Origin: the human T2T-CHM13v2.0 reference genome, Homo sapiens
Direction: 5' to 3' (one strand)
Length of the DNA stretch: 64,000 bases
NCBI RefSeq assembly: GCF_009914755.1
Contig: NC_060925.1
The notes beneath the pieces are model-generated. The model had not been told where the DNA came from. It made no database searches and saw only the letters and a program-made list of their open reading frames with translations. Below are positions 1-13,319 of this stretch, piece after piece. The stretch's first letter is position 1; each line of letters opens with the position of its first letter. The translations under genes and the position numbers were made by a program.

Positions 1-585
1 AAGGTTGTGGAGGAAAGGGAAGGCTTATACACTGCTGATGGAAATGTAAATTAGTTCACTCATTGCAGAAAGCAGTTTGACAATTTCTGAAAGGACTTAA
101 AACAGAATGAGTACTCAAAGGAATAGAAATCACAGCACTATTCACAGTAGCAAAGACACAGAATCAACCTTAATGTCCATCAACAGTAGACTAGATAAAG
201 AAAATGTGGTATATACACAACATGGAATACCATGCAGCCATGAAAAAGAATGAGATCATGTCCTTTGTAGTAACATGGTTGGAGCTGTAGGCCATTATCC
301 TCAGCAAATTAACACAGAAACAGAAAACCAAATACCACATGATATCACTTAAGGGAGCTAAACATCAAGTATATATGGATACAATGAAGGGAACAGCAGA
401 CATTGGGGCCTACTTGAAGGTGGTGGGTGTGAGGAGGGTGAGGAGTGAAAAAATACCTATCGGATACTATGCCTATTACCTGGGTGAGGAAATAATCTGT
501 ACACCAAACCCATATAACATACAATTTATATATGTAGTAAACATTCATATGTTCCCCTGAACCTAAAATAGAAGTTAAAAATAGA
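1..585 (+). mobile_element. LINE-1 3' end (L1PA15/16-like), cut by the window start, with internal deletions
   Basis: L1 ORF2 end/3'UTR motifs: 'aaaatgtggtatatacac...catggaatac', 'ataatctgtacaccaaacccc', 'cccctgaacctaaaata'. Confidence 0.9.
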
Positions 586-646
586 AAGTAAAAACAATTA
601 AATAAAATAGATACTCAAGTAGTCCTAAAATAACAACCACTACCAA

Positions 647-746
647 AGCAAAACAAAACAAAACAAAAAAAATCAAAACAAAACAAAACAAAACAAAAAA
701 CCCCAAAACCAAACAACAACAACAACAACAACAAAAAAAAAAAAAC
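647..746 (+). repeat. (CAAAA)n/(CAA)n/poly-A simple repeat
   Basis: Directly visible compound A-rich microsatellite. Confidence 0.95.
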
Positions 747-756
747 GAGGAAGGGT

Positions 757-2690
757 GTTTCCTAATTTACACGTATTTGTATATTTGTGAGATTTCAAAA
801 TTTTCTTCTATCATTTCTAATGTAATCTCATAATGAATAAAGAACATGTTTTGTATCATTTCCATCTTTTAAAATTTCTTGATTCTTTTCATAACGTGGT
901 ATACTTGTATATGGTTTAAACTGGAAAATATTCCAAGCACACTTGAGAAGAATGTGTATTCTGCTATTGATGAGTGGTTTGTTCAATGTGGCTGCTTTAA
1001 ATTGTTGGTCAAATCTTCTAGGTCCATTTGGATCTTCTACCCATTCATTGAATCCTTTATTCAAAGTGGTGTATAAATGTCTCCAATTCTTATTGTTGCA
1101 TTGTCTATTTCTCTCTTCAATTCTGTCAGATTTTGCTTTCTGTCAATTTGGGGTTTCTATTGTTATGTGCATATATTTTTATATTTGTTATATATTCCTA
1201 AAGTGTTGACTCTTTCATTATTGTGACATGCCTCTCTTTATTTCTAGCAACACTGTTTTTTCATTTTAATTTTTTTGACTGACATTAATACAGTCCCTCC
1301 AGTTCTCTGATGATTGCTGTTTGCATGATATCATTTTCCATCATTTTAGTTTCAAATTACATGAAACTTTAAATCTAAAGTGTGTTTGCTTTAAAAAGTA
1401 TGTAGGTAGATTGTTTTTAAATTAAATCTGGCAATCTGTCTTTTGATTGGATCTTTATCAATTCACATTTAATTTTATCTTGATATGGTGTGTGAATATT
1501 TTCTGTGGCACCATTTTAATTATTTTAATAATTGTTTAATTTTATTTTTGAGCCATATTCTCAGGGGTCACTCTAGGGCTTGCAATAGATATATATCTTA
1601 AGTTATCAAAATGACACCAGATTTCCAGTAAATTCCAGTAAAATATGAAAACTTTACTCTTGCAAATGTCATTCCCCACTTTTGTGCATATTTAGATACT
1701 ATATATAATGTATAATGTCTATATATGGTAAAAATATTTTTGTAATTATACTGTATATATATTTAGAAAGTTGATGAAAAGTGGAGAGCAAGTATATATA
1801 GTCATAGAGCTTGTTATTATCTTTTTTATTTACCAATTTTTATCCTATTTCTTTCTGTAGGCTTGTTATCTTACATCATTTCATTACTCCAATATAGCTT
1901 TGTTACACCTGCCTCCTTTATGCTGTTATTACCAAATATATTACATTACTATATGTTATATGGCCAACAATATAATTATGTATACATATTGTTTTATTCA
2001 GTTGTTTCTAAAGTAAGTTAAAAGAGAAAAGGAGAAGAAAGGTGCAATTACATTGTGTTTTATAATTACTGACTTTATGACCTTTATTAGCACTCTGTTT
2101 TTTCATGTGGATTTGAAATACTGTTTGATGCCACTTGCTTTCAACACGTGGAACTTTCTTTCATACACCTTCTAAGGCACATCTTTTAGCAATGATATCT
2201 CTCAGCTTTCATATATCTGGGAATGGTTTCATTTCACCTTCATTCATCTGGAATGTCTTTATTTCACCTTTATTTTTGAAAGACACTTTTTCTGGATTTA
2301 AGAATCTTGGTTGATAGTTTTCTTTCAGCATTTTGATATTATCTCACTGCCTCTGGCCTCATTATATCTGATGAGCAGTAAGTTATTATTCTCATTGGAG
2401 TTCCTTGCATGTAATGATTTGTTTTTCTCTTACTACTTTCAAAATTCTATCTTAATATTTTGTTCTTAATATTTTGATTATAATGTGTCTGGATGGAAAT
2501 ATTTTTGTATTTATCTTATTTGGAGTTTGTTGATATCCTTAAATGTGTAGAATACAGTTTTTCAACAAATTTGGAAAGTAACTATTTTTTCAATAGTTTT
2601 TCTTTCCCTTTTGTCTCTTTTCTTCACCTAGTTCTCCCATTACATTTGGCTACTTAATATTTTCATATATTTCTCCAAGACTTTGTTCAC
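757..2690 (-). mobile_element. Old LINE-1 (L1MC/L1MD-like), spanning ORF1 end, inter-ORF region and ORF2 endonuclease region
   Basis: 'gcacacttgagaagaatgtgtattctgct' is the antisense of the L1 EN 'AEYTFFSSAHG' motif. 1900-1990 is reverse-complement similar to 51600-51690. Confidence 0.8.
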
Positions 2691-3494
2691 TGTACTTACA
2701 ATCAAAGAACTGCAGACTATCACAAGATAGCTGGCACTACAGAAGACTTCTAGTACAACCAAACCAATTATTTTTATTGCCTTCCTTATTCAAAAAGCTC
2801 AACAAATGTTCATCCCAGCTTATGCTTGCATATCTTCAGTGAAGGAAGTGACTAATTCTTAAGTATTTCATTTTGATTTTATGCTGGTCTAATTTTAAGA
2901 AAGCTTTATATTAAGGAACAGTCTCCCCTTGTTTTGATTCCAAGTCCCCTTAGCATCATAATTACCCTTCTCTCTAAAAGCTTCTGTTAGTTATAATCAT
3001 TTTCAAAGGTGAATCATAATCCTAGAAGAGCTGACATCAGAGTAAAATAATAGGTTTTTATCTCACTGTAGATGCATCAATTCATAAAGCTGAAGTTATA
3101 TCAGATATTGAAGAGGTACAAAATACACTGTTCCTCCATAGTTAACGTGAGGTCAATTAAAAGTTGGATGTCTTCACATGAATTTGCTTTAAATCATATA
3201 TCGTTTAATCTGTGTTTGAATAGAATTTTTTAAATGGCACACTTATATTTGCTAAAAATTTTATATTCCTGGGTTTAGCTCTTTCAGTCTAAATATTTGT
3301 AATTTTATTTTTTATTAAATATTAGCTCACTCTTCTGGCCTCATAAAATGTATAATCATGTTGTTTGTACCTAATTCTAATATGGTAATAAACAGAATGA
3401 TCCTGAGATAGCCCCTGAAAAAGCTAAGTTCAGGTTAACGTTGAAGCATTTATAATAGTTGTTAAGTAAGATTATTCAACTACATAAAAACTGA

Positions 3495-3822
<328 letters not shown>

Positions 3823-4099
3823 CTATTTTGTCCTAAGATTATTAAGAAAATCTCTTAAATTCAAAGATCTCTAAAAATCAAGATAGCCTGTGTATTACAT
3901 AAATAATTATTTGAACACCAATAATAATGAAAATTAGATTTATTTGACATAATGTGTGCTTAGTAATCCCCTATGGGCTTCCATTTCTTATCTATTTTCT
4001 TTCTAAATTCTCAAAAAATATTATACAATAGACACATTTTTTGGTATAACCACAGCTACTTTTCATAATACATTTCAGTTCTATGGGTATATGAGGTCT

Positions 4100-4285
4100 A
4101 ATAACAACAATAACAGCAGCAGCAGCAGCTAACATTTATTAACAATTATTCTGTGCTAGATATTTTACTGGAAAATTGAGTATACACATGTGCTAGACTT
4201 TATGTCAAGTACTATCCATGCATTCTCTCACTTAATTTTCATAGCCTACTTATGAAATATATGTTTTTATTATAGCTATTTGATT
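4100..4285 (-). mobile_element. MIR fragment with a short (CAG)n
   Basis: 'gctaacatttatt...tgtgctag...cattctctcacttaattttcatagc' resembles antisense MIR. Confidence 0.55.
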
Positions 4286-4312
4286 ATAATAAAAGTCCAT
4301 CACCATGGTTAG

Positions 4313-6127
4313 TATATTACTCAAGATAATTAACACTAGATGCCATGGCAGACAAAACCTAAAATCATAATGGTTAACAAAACAAAAGTTGATTTCTTGC
4401 TCATTCAAACCTAAACTGGATGGGGCATTCTTCGTATGTAATATAGCTAGACCATCTGAAACATAAGCTAGCTCTAGGGATGCTAAAGCAATGAAATAAA
4501 GAGAATGGTATGCTTAGCCCAGAAGTGACACACTTACTTTGAGTCAGAATTTATTAACCAGTAATAAATTATGTCACCCCAATTAAATTTAAGGAAAGCT
4601 AGAAAATGTAGAGAAACAAGTAGAATACTTTGTAAGAACAAAATTATTGCCACAAGTCACCAAAGATCCTTTGATCCCTTTTCGCCAAACATTGAACACA
4701 CTCCTAAAAAATGACAACTGAAATCCCATCAAGTCCAGAATCTCTACGTGTGCAGTATCTCTCAATCAGGTCTGGATAAGTTTTTAATCCAGAGACTTAT
4801 GAATTAAAAGACAAATCATCTGCCTTCTGCCCCACCCATTCTTATACACTTAAACATACAAAAGTGGAAGAGGGAAAGACTAACCACAAGTGGAAGTACA
4901 CACTCTGTGAACTTCTCCTACCTTAAGGTACAGGTGGTTCCTGAATTAATCCCTGATTCTGCTTTCCGTGTGGAGTTAGTTCTCTTGCCTTCTGAATGTG
5001 TGGAGAATTACGGAATTGCCTACCTCAGAGGCTACAAAAGCTTTTTCAGTGCACTTTTTAGTGCTGAAGATGAAGAAATCAAGTGTATATTTAAGTCTTG
5101 AATGCTCAAAGGTATTTTAGGCTAAAATTCTCTGGTAATCCTTCTCTGTTAAAATTATAGATATCTGATCTATTTTCTTCTGTGAGTTCCATATGTGGTT
5201 GATCACAGTAAAAATTCTTTTGGAGTCATATGTAGTTTTCATATCTGCTTTTTTTTCTTAATTTCTTCCCACAATTCACTCTCTAGCAATTTAATGGAAG
5301 TTACTATAAATCTGGAATAATATACGGGAAGCCCATACGCTTAATCTAAACTGTGCTGTGAGTCATAATTTTCACTTAAGTTTGCGCCCTTGTCTAAAAG
5401 ACTTGTTAAATTTATTGTTTTACTATTTGTTATTTAGAAGCAGACAGCTTTCCATATGTGCAAGGCCCTAATTTTGGAGGTCTTCTTTTTCTTTTATTTT
5501 GTCTTGAAAACCAGCTACTTTTCTGAGCTCTCTTTTTACTATAAGGTAACTTGCCAAACATAGTCAAGTACAACCAACACACAGAATCAATATTCCGTCT
5601 TCCAGCTTCTTGCCTTAGAGACATAAATTAGTAGGCACATAGTTTGCCTTCCAAGTTATCACGGGGAAATTCTTTGCTACTAAATAACTTGGACTGCCAT
5701 CATTTCAGCCCCTGATATCAATTTTTTCATCTCCTATAACTAATCACAAAGATAAGGCCATATTTTAGGTTTTATGTTATGATACTAATTTCTGTATTTA
5801 ATAGCATAATTAATCCTAATTTCCTTCACAGATAAACCCTGTAATCTCAACAGTTTAGTACAGTGAAGATTTCTTTATTTCTCATCTAAGAATCAATGTG
5901 GGTCAGGAGGACCTTGCAGCTATATTAATGGAACATATGGCCTCTAAGATCTGCATAGCAGGGAAATAGAACAATTCTCTTAATTTCTTTTACTCTGAAA
6001 TGATCACTTTTACTTTTGCTCACAGTCAAGTGGAGAGACTGATCACATAATTTTTACATAACTGCATGGGAAGCTGGGCAATGCAGGGGAGCACATGGAA
6101 TATATGGTACCGGTGCTTATAATTACA
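4313..6127 (-). mobile_element. Two-LTR ancient MaLR provirus (old MLT1 LTRs ~4313-4654 and ~5793-6127 flanking MLT1-int)
   Basis: Two similar diverged LTRs share the layout 'cccagaagtgacacacttacttt...agctagaaaatgtag' / 'ctctgaaatgatcacttttacttt...agctgggcaatgcag'. The int/LTR junction 'gatactaatttc|tgtatt' matches the MaLR 'ggtaccaatttc|tgtatt' junction. Confidence 0.65.
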
Positions 6128-7470
6128 AAATAAATTCAAACATATCTGATTTAAATTTCACCTTCTTCCTCTCTGTTCTCAGTAGTAAAAGTATTTAAAA
6201 TATTTTAAAAGCAATTTGAAATATTACATAGATACAAAAACAAAATACATTTTTGGTTTGTTTGCATGTTTGCTTTTAATTTAACATCTGGTGGCAAAGA
6301 TTTCTAGTCTTATATGCATGAGTATGCCTTAATTGCTCATCTGGAGTAATTTAGTTGATATTATTTTATATCCTAGACTAAAATTCAGTCATTCCAGCAA
6401 ACAATTTAGGAGAATGGTAAAAAAAAAAAGCACTGTTAAAATTGCATAAAGCACAAGTGGATTGAGATCAGAAAGGTGACAAATTGGATGAATTTGGAAG
6501 AAAAATGTTGGAGGCAGAAAATGTAATGTGTTTCAGTGGAAACCATAAAATCACCTTTAGAGTATTCGTTTCAGATATAAGTGGATTTGGAGCAAGACAA
6601 AGTATATAATGAAGGTAAAATAACTAAAGACTGCATAAATCTGATCACAGGCAGGTTGATACAATGACCCTCAAATAATTAAACTTTTGACCTTTTTGGC
6701 TGAATAGGAAGTAGCAGTTTTGTTCTCAGAAATATCTTTTATGTAACAGCTGGCACTTTCTGGAAAGTATTTGAATTTACTTCTTTACAACTGTATCTGA
6801 AATATGAATGGTCCTTGAAATGGCTATAGAAGATTGGCCCATTCTGCAGCTATACTTATTATAAAGGGTTAAAAATCACTAACAGAACACACACTTTTAA
6901 GGTTTCAATTTCAGTCTTGTATGCCACATCTTTTCAGTATAAATCAAGAAATTTGTATGTTAATTTCTAATACTGAAAATGCTTCTTACAGCAGCCGATG
7001 AAATAGGTATTCATGAAGTATAGCATTATTTAAAGATGTCTGACCTACAGTGTTATATCATTTTTGTAGAGAAAAATAAAAAAAATTGGATAAGCATTAT
7101 AAAATGAAGCTAGGAGAAATAATAGCTTTAATTTAAGTTAAAGAAGATAAAAGCACCTATTATTACAAACTAGCTAATTAATAAAACAAGAATTTTGGAT
7201 AATATTTATAGCAAAATCAATCAGCAGCTAAAATGTCACATACAAGTAAATTACCATTTATTTGATAATATAAATGAGACAACATAATATCTATCCTTAG
7301 TCACAAGCTACAAGTAGGTGCATGGAGACTTTGAACTTCATAATCTTCCAAAATTTCCACTGAAAATTGTAATATCATCCTTACAATAATATGCAAGCTC
7401 CAAGACAGTAGGATTTCATATGCCCTAGTTGAATTTTGAATGCCTAGGGCTGATAAAAATATTTATGTAG

Positions 7471-8218
7471 TATCACTAATCATTAAAGAAATGCAAATCA
7501 AAACCACAATGAAATGCCATCTCGCATTAGTCAGAATGGTTATTATAAAAAGTCAAAAAACGACAGATACTGACAAGGTTGTGGAGAAAAGAAAAGGTTT
7601 ATACACCGCTGATGGGAATGTAAATTAGTTCACCCACTATGGGAAGCAGCTTGGTGACTTCTGAAATAAAACTTCAGAATTACTATTTGGCCTAGCAATT
7701 CCATTATTGGACATTGGACATATACCCAAAGGAATATAAATTGTTCTATCATAAAGACACATGCACACATGTTCATTGCAGCACTATTCTCAATAGCAAA
7801 GACATGTAATCAACCTAGATGACCATCAATGGTAGACTGTATAAAAAAACGTGGTACATACACAAGATGGAATACTATGCAGCCCCCAAAATAATGAGAT
7901 AATGTTCTTTGCAGCAAGATGGATGGAGCTGGAGGCCATTATTCTAAGTGAACTAACACAGGAACAGAAAATGAAATACCACAGGATCTCACTTATAAGT
8001 GGGAGCTAAACATCAAGTACATATGGATACAAAGAAGGGAGCAACAGACACTGGGCCCTACTGGAGAGTGGAGGGAGGCAAGAGGGAGAGGATTAAAAAA
8101 ATATGTATTGGGCACTATGCTTACTACCTGAGTAAGGAAATAATCTGTACACCAAACCCCTGTGACATATAATTTACCCATGTAATAAACCTGCATATGT
8201 ACCCCTGAACTTAAAATG
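7471..8218 (+). mobile_element. 5'-truncated LINE-1 3' end (L1PA15/16-like)
   Basis: Encodes the ORF2 C-terminal motif '[17 protein letters not shown]', then a 3'UTR ending 'gtacccctgaacttaaaa' and a TA/TG microsatellite. Confidence 0.92.
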
Positions 8219-8551
8219 ATATATATATGTATATATATAATTGTGTGTATATATGTGTGTGTGTGCATGTTTAGTAATAACTTATGATTTAGTAAAAAGA
8301 AATCTAAGCATAATAAAATACCTCTCAATTTCAAAATCTGTTGAAGGGGCAGGAGGAAGGAGTTAAACTATCTGTCCAACAATCCACTCATTTTGTTTAT
8401 AAAATGAGGGCATGTAGGAAGAAAAGAAGACTGTGATGTAATCTAATCTCCATGTCAACTGGAACTCCAGAAAAAATAGAGAAATTATATTTTTCAGGAG
8501 AAAGACACCTTACCTATTGCATGCCTTTAGCAGGGTGGTCCGTGGCTAAAG

Positions 8552-8607
8552 ATTATTTATATATATCAATATATATATAACTGATTCCTTGTCTTTGCTA
8601 TATATAC

Positions 8608-8642
<35 letters not shown>

Positions 8643-8770
8643 TTATATATATAACTATACAAATTTTATAGTTATATATATATATAGGTTGTTAGGTAAA
8701 TTGCTTGTATGTATATATAACTATCTATTGTCTATCATCTATCTATGTAGTTATATATAGTTATATAATC
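8552..8770. repeat. Compound (TA)n/(CA)n/(TCTA)n microsatellite region
   Basis: Directly visible. Confidence 0.9.
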
Positions 8771-8917
8771 TTTTAGAGACAGGGTCTCGCTGTGTCACTC
8801 AGGCTAAAGTGCAATAGCATGATCATAGCTCACTGCAACCTGCAAACCTCAAGTGTTCCTCCTACCTTGGCCTCCCAAAACTCTGAGATTACAGGCATGA
8901 GCCACTGTGCCCTGCCA
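8771..8917 (-). mobile_element. Monomeric Alu (AluJ-like left-arm 5' half fused to right-arm 3' half)
   Basis: Reverse complement reads 'ggcagggcacagtggctcatgcctgtaatc...gggaggccaagg...ggttgcagtgagctatgatc...gagaccctgtctc'. Confidence 0.85.
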
Positions 8918-9304
8918 GGATTGCTTCTGTTAAATAAACACAGAGTCTGTAAGGTGTGTTCCCTGGAAAATGTCAATAAACTACACAACCCTCTGGAAAA
9001 TAAAATGAAAATATTTTGTAATGTAAACACTTGCCTCCGTTGGAAGTAAACTCATAATCCTCACTAGAGACTTTGTTTTTCCAAGTCAGAAGTGCATGTT
9101 CTCCAAGGGAAGAGAGGACCTAGAAAGCTACCCTTGATGTCCCAGATGTCTCCTTGTTTCATTTGAGTCTTTTGATTGTATCCTTGATGTTATTAGTACA
9201 GTTTCATACTGAGATAAGATCTTTGATTTGTGTCATTCTAATTTGATAAGCCAATCATGTTAAACTGACTTATGAAGAAGAAAAAGAAAGGCACATATGT
9301 TTTG

Positions 9305-9428
9305 TATAATAATAAAATATCATTTAGACTGGAGCATGTTCAAGACTGAAAGGCACTGTTATACACCAGGACAACAGGCACTAACTCAGACTCTCTGGGG
9401 CCAAACTGGGACATGTAGTTATAGTACA
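9305..9428 (+). mobile_element. MER96-like hAT non-autonomous DNA transposon relic
   Basis: 'acaccaggacaacaggcactaactcagactctctggggccaaactgggacatg' resembles the recalled MER96 consensus. Confidence 0.6.
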
Positions 9429-10004
9429 AATAGCATGGGTCCCTTTCATTAGTGTATTTATCTAATAAATATTTTAAAAGTTTTGCCAACTTTGAAAGTC
9501 TAGGTGAGAAAATGGAATAATATGGTCCCATATGGGATTTGTAATACTCAACAATATATTAATTATTCAGGCTGATCTTATATTAACAATATAAGGATTA
9601 GAAAATACATAGAATAACATGTTATTTTCATTTAAAAATTAACAAATCATATATTACTTTTAAGGGTAGTTTGATTATCACCATTATATTTAGCCACACA
9701 AATATCAGTATTTAAGAATGGTATCTAAAAGTTGGAATTATGGTAATAGGTGATATGAATAGCACTCAAATTAATCTATACTCTGTCAGAAACATTAAGC
9801 ATCGCATATATCTCAAGTAAGTCTTATATAATGTCTAATGTTTAGGAATAGCTCAAGGAATGAAGATACAAAAGTGTGCAAGATATGTAATTGATAATAC
9901 CAGAACCATTACTTACTGAGGTGAGCTTCTCTTGGAAATTTTAGAGGTAGTATAAAATCTTGCATATTAGCTAAATTATGTGATTCTTGTTCTTATCAAC
10001 TAAT

Positions 10005-10132
10005 TTAAGGACCATAGATGGGCTTTGGTGATCCCATGAACCTCCTAAAATTATAAATAAAATGCTTTTGTGCTCATATATATATATATATTTTTTAATT
10101 GAGAGATTAATGTTTTTATCACGTTCTTAAAT
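10005..10132 (+). mobile_element. Charlie4z-like hAT fragment
   Basis: 'ggaccatagatgggctttggtgatcccatgaacctcctaaaattat' resembles recalled Charlie4z. Confidence 0.45.
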
Positions 10133-10679
10133 TTCTTCATATTTGGGCTTGTAAACAAAGAAGAAAAAATAATCAGTGCTCAGGAGTAATAGTATCTAGG
10201 AAATAGGTCTACTGAGAGATGATCCATATGGTGGGGCAATTTATGCTCACATTTATGCTCTGATTATGAAGAGATCTGTAGCCTAGTTGGAAGTAGGTAC
10301 CTATTAGCAGACTGAACCATTTTGAAAAAAAATTTAATCCACAGTCATTCACTCAAATTCCCTTTACCTTAGAAGGCAGGAGTAATATCTAGAATTTATT
10401 ATATCCAAAATTAACTTTGTGTATGAAGTTTTGATTATTCGAATATTCTGACCATAATGTTCTTTTATAATTCATACATATATATTAAATTTTCAAAGTA
10501 TAAATATAACAAAATATTGATAACACTAAAAATGCTTTTGGCTCTTAATTTAGAATTTTTGATACTCAGAAGGTTGATTTCTTTCTTTCAATGCCTTGAG
10601 ATTATTGAGAGCATAAAAAGTGTAAAGTTTAAAATACCTCAAAAGTGTTAAATATTATCAATGTTTTTACTCCTTTACT

Positions 10680-11195
10680 TCCATTCACTCTTAACCTTCT
10701 CCAACATGGTTCCTATCTCTGCTCCTTCGCTGAATTTGCTTTTGTCAAGGCCACCGTTGATATCTATGTTCCAGATTCAATAAATACTATTTAGTTTTCA
10801 TATTCCAAGACTTTTGGCCAGGCAAGGTGGCTCACGCTTATAATCCCAGCACTTTGGGAGGCCGAGGCAGGCGATTGCCTGAGCTCAGGAGTTCAAGACC
10901 AGCCTGGGCAACATGGTGAAACTCCATCTCTACAAAAAATCCAAAAGATAGCTGTGCATGGTGGCTTATGCCTGTAGTCCCAGCTACTTAGGAGGCTGAG
11001 GTGGAGGATCGCTTGATCCTGGGGGGTCAAGGGTGCACTGAGCCATAATCACTCCACTGCACTCAAACTTAGGTGACAGAGTGAGACTGTCTTAAAACAA
11101 ACAAACAAACAAACAAACAAACAAACAAAATAAAAAGACCACACACACAAAGGCTTTTCATCTGGCCTTCAACACAGTTGAACAGTCCATTCTTT
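10680..11195 (+). mobile_element. L2 RT fragment split by an AluJ
   Basis: Left part 'ctgaatttgcttttgtcaaggccaccgttga' (TETALVKVTND-like); right part 'gccttcaacacagttgaacag' (AFDTVDH-like). Confidence 0.6.
10816..11137 (+). mobile_element. AluJ (Jb-like) with (CAAA)n tail
   Basis: Dimeric Alu with J diagnostics ('gcctgggcaacatgg', 'ggaggatcgcttga'); degenerate TSD aagactttt/aaggctttt. Confidence 0.93.
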
Positions 11196-11859
11196 AAAAA
11201 AAAAACAAAAACAGTTTTATTAAATTAGTACATGTGTAAAATGGAGAACTGATGAAATAAAGCCACTGGCAATGAGGATCTAACAGAGTTTGACCAATTC
11301 ATATGCAAAGAAGAGAAAATCAAATGGGATAAAGACACCATCATGGGATTAAAAAAGAAAGATTTGAATGTTTAAGAATTAGGAGAAGCCCTTGAGAAAA
11401 ATAAGATCTTCAAATGATTTTACAAAAGTGATTTTATGATTCTTCTGTGAAAGATAAAGAAAAGTTTATCTAATCATGACAAATTTTATCAGAATAAATG
11501 TTGTAAAACAAAATCAAGATCACATTTAAAACTAAAATTTTATCAGCAATAAGACAATAGGCATTTTTATTCAACAAAAATGATTATGACCAAAGTCTGA
11601 AAGAAATTTAATAATTTATAAAATTTAACTAATTTGTAATAATTATTCTGATACTTGACAGATTTCCTGAAGGAGGTACAATGCTGACATAGCCATACAG
11701 TAACAAAGCTATCAGTTCAATGATTCTTCCTAAAAAAATTTCTCCTAATTCCCAACTTCTACCCCAAATGAGGTTCTTGATATCCATAAAGTAACCTTCT
11801 GAATATGTATATTTAGAAAATGTTGAATAAGATATGATTTTTTAACATTGCTGTAATAT

Positions 11860-12095
11860 TTTTAATGGGAATAGAGAATACATAGAGAAAAGTGCACAAA
11901 TCACAAGTGTATAGGTGGATGAATTCTTCCAAAGCATGTAACCAACACACAGATCAAGAAATAATATTATCAAAATCCTAGATGCCTGTCTGTAATTTCT
12001 TCCAGTCACTACTCCCCTATGAAGATAATTATCATTTTTTAGCTTTTTATACACGGATTACATGTACTTTTTTGTGTCTGGCTTCATTTGCTCCA
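11860..12095 (-). mobile_element. L1ME 3'UTR fragment
   Basis: 'aaagtgcacaaatcacaagtgtata...cacagatcaagaaata...ttttgtgtctggcttc'. Confidence 0.7.
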
Positions 12096-12399
12096 AGATA
12101 TGGATATTTTATCTAGAAGTCTCAACATATATTTCATAGACTTTTGGATTTATACTTGCAAATCAACATGCCCAATTTCTAATTATATTATTTACTCTTC
12201 ATCAAAATATATTTATTAAATATAATTAAAAATTCATATAACTAACCTTTTTGAATGAGATGTCTTGATGTTTTTGATTTCATGCCTAGATCTTTTGGTT
12301 TTAATTCACATAAAATAGATGACACATGTTTTCTGTGTTCACTGGAATTTTTTAAATCAACAGGATAATATATATTCTGTGAAAATAAAATAAAAGCAA

Positions 12400-12520
12400 T
12401 GACAATGATAATATCTCATGTGTTTTAGAGTTCTTCAAGGGTTTTCACATGAATTACATTATCATGATTGATTTTCATTTAAAACATGAAAACAAAAACC
12501 TGTGAGGTAGGCAGGGTTAA
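12400..12520 (-). mobile_element. MIR fragment
   Basis: 'gttttcacatgaatta...aacctgtgaggtaggcaggg'. Confidence 0.45.
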
Positions 12521-12870
12521 GAAAAAAATTTAAAAAGCTCCATTGTGTATAATTTTAACAATCTGTCATTCTACTAATATTGTACCTTGGCCAATGCTGT
12601 GAGAGAGATTGAGGGAAAGAGAGACCTGCCAGGAAAGTGCTGTGACAAAAGGAACAAGGGAAGAGGGAAAATAAGGAATAAACAAAGAGAAGCAAGATAG
12701 TGTTCCCCAGAAAGCCTGAAGGAAGATTCAGAGTAATAAAGGGAGGTACAAAATTATTTCACAGAGCACTAAAAGGCAGTAACATGGGGGAGGAAAAGGA
12801 GGGACAATAACAGGAAGAAAGGAAGGGAGAAACGGGACCAGAATTATCACACATGTTAAAACTACAAATG

Positions 12871-13178
12871 GGCCAGGCACAGGGGCTCACACCTGTAACC
12901 CTAGCACTTTGGGAGGCCGAGGCAGGTGGATCACCTGAGGTTAGGAGTTCGAGCCCAGCCTGGCCAACATGGCGAAACCCTGTCTCTACTAAAAATACGA
13001 AAATTAGCCAGGTGTGGTGGTGCATGCCTGTAATCCCAGCTACTCAGGAGGCCAAGGCAGGAGGATTACTTGAACCCAGCAGGCGGACATTGCAGTGAGC
13101 CAAGATTGCACCATTGCACTCCAGCCTGGGCAACAGAGCGAGACTCCGTCTCAGAAAAAAAAAAAAAGAAAAGAAAAA
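12871..13178 (+). mobile_element. AluS (Sx-like)
   Basis: Full dimer, 'ggatcacctgagg', poly-A tail; flanking 'acaaatg' repeated. Confidence 0.95.
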
Positions 13179-13319
13179 GGACAAATGGATCAGCTATGTG
13201 TGGGAAGAGTAGCAAGTAGCTTCATGGGGAACAGAGGCATTGTCAAATGTAAACTGTATAATATCTGTGAACTGGTTGGGATGTTTTAGTGACAGTGTTA
13301 TCTGTTTTCCTCTTCACAG

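Noticed and set aside
12759-13289. ORFs overlapping the Alu at 12871 (and similar ORFs at 8792, 25618, 42804, 57820)
   Set aside because: These are typical Alu-derived translations with no gene context.
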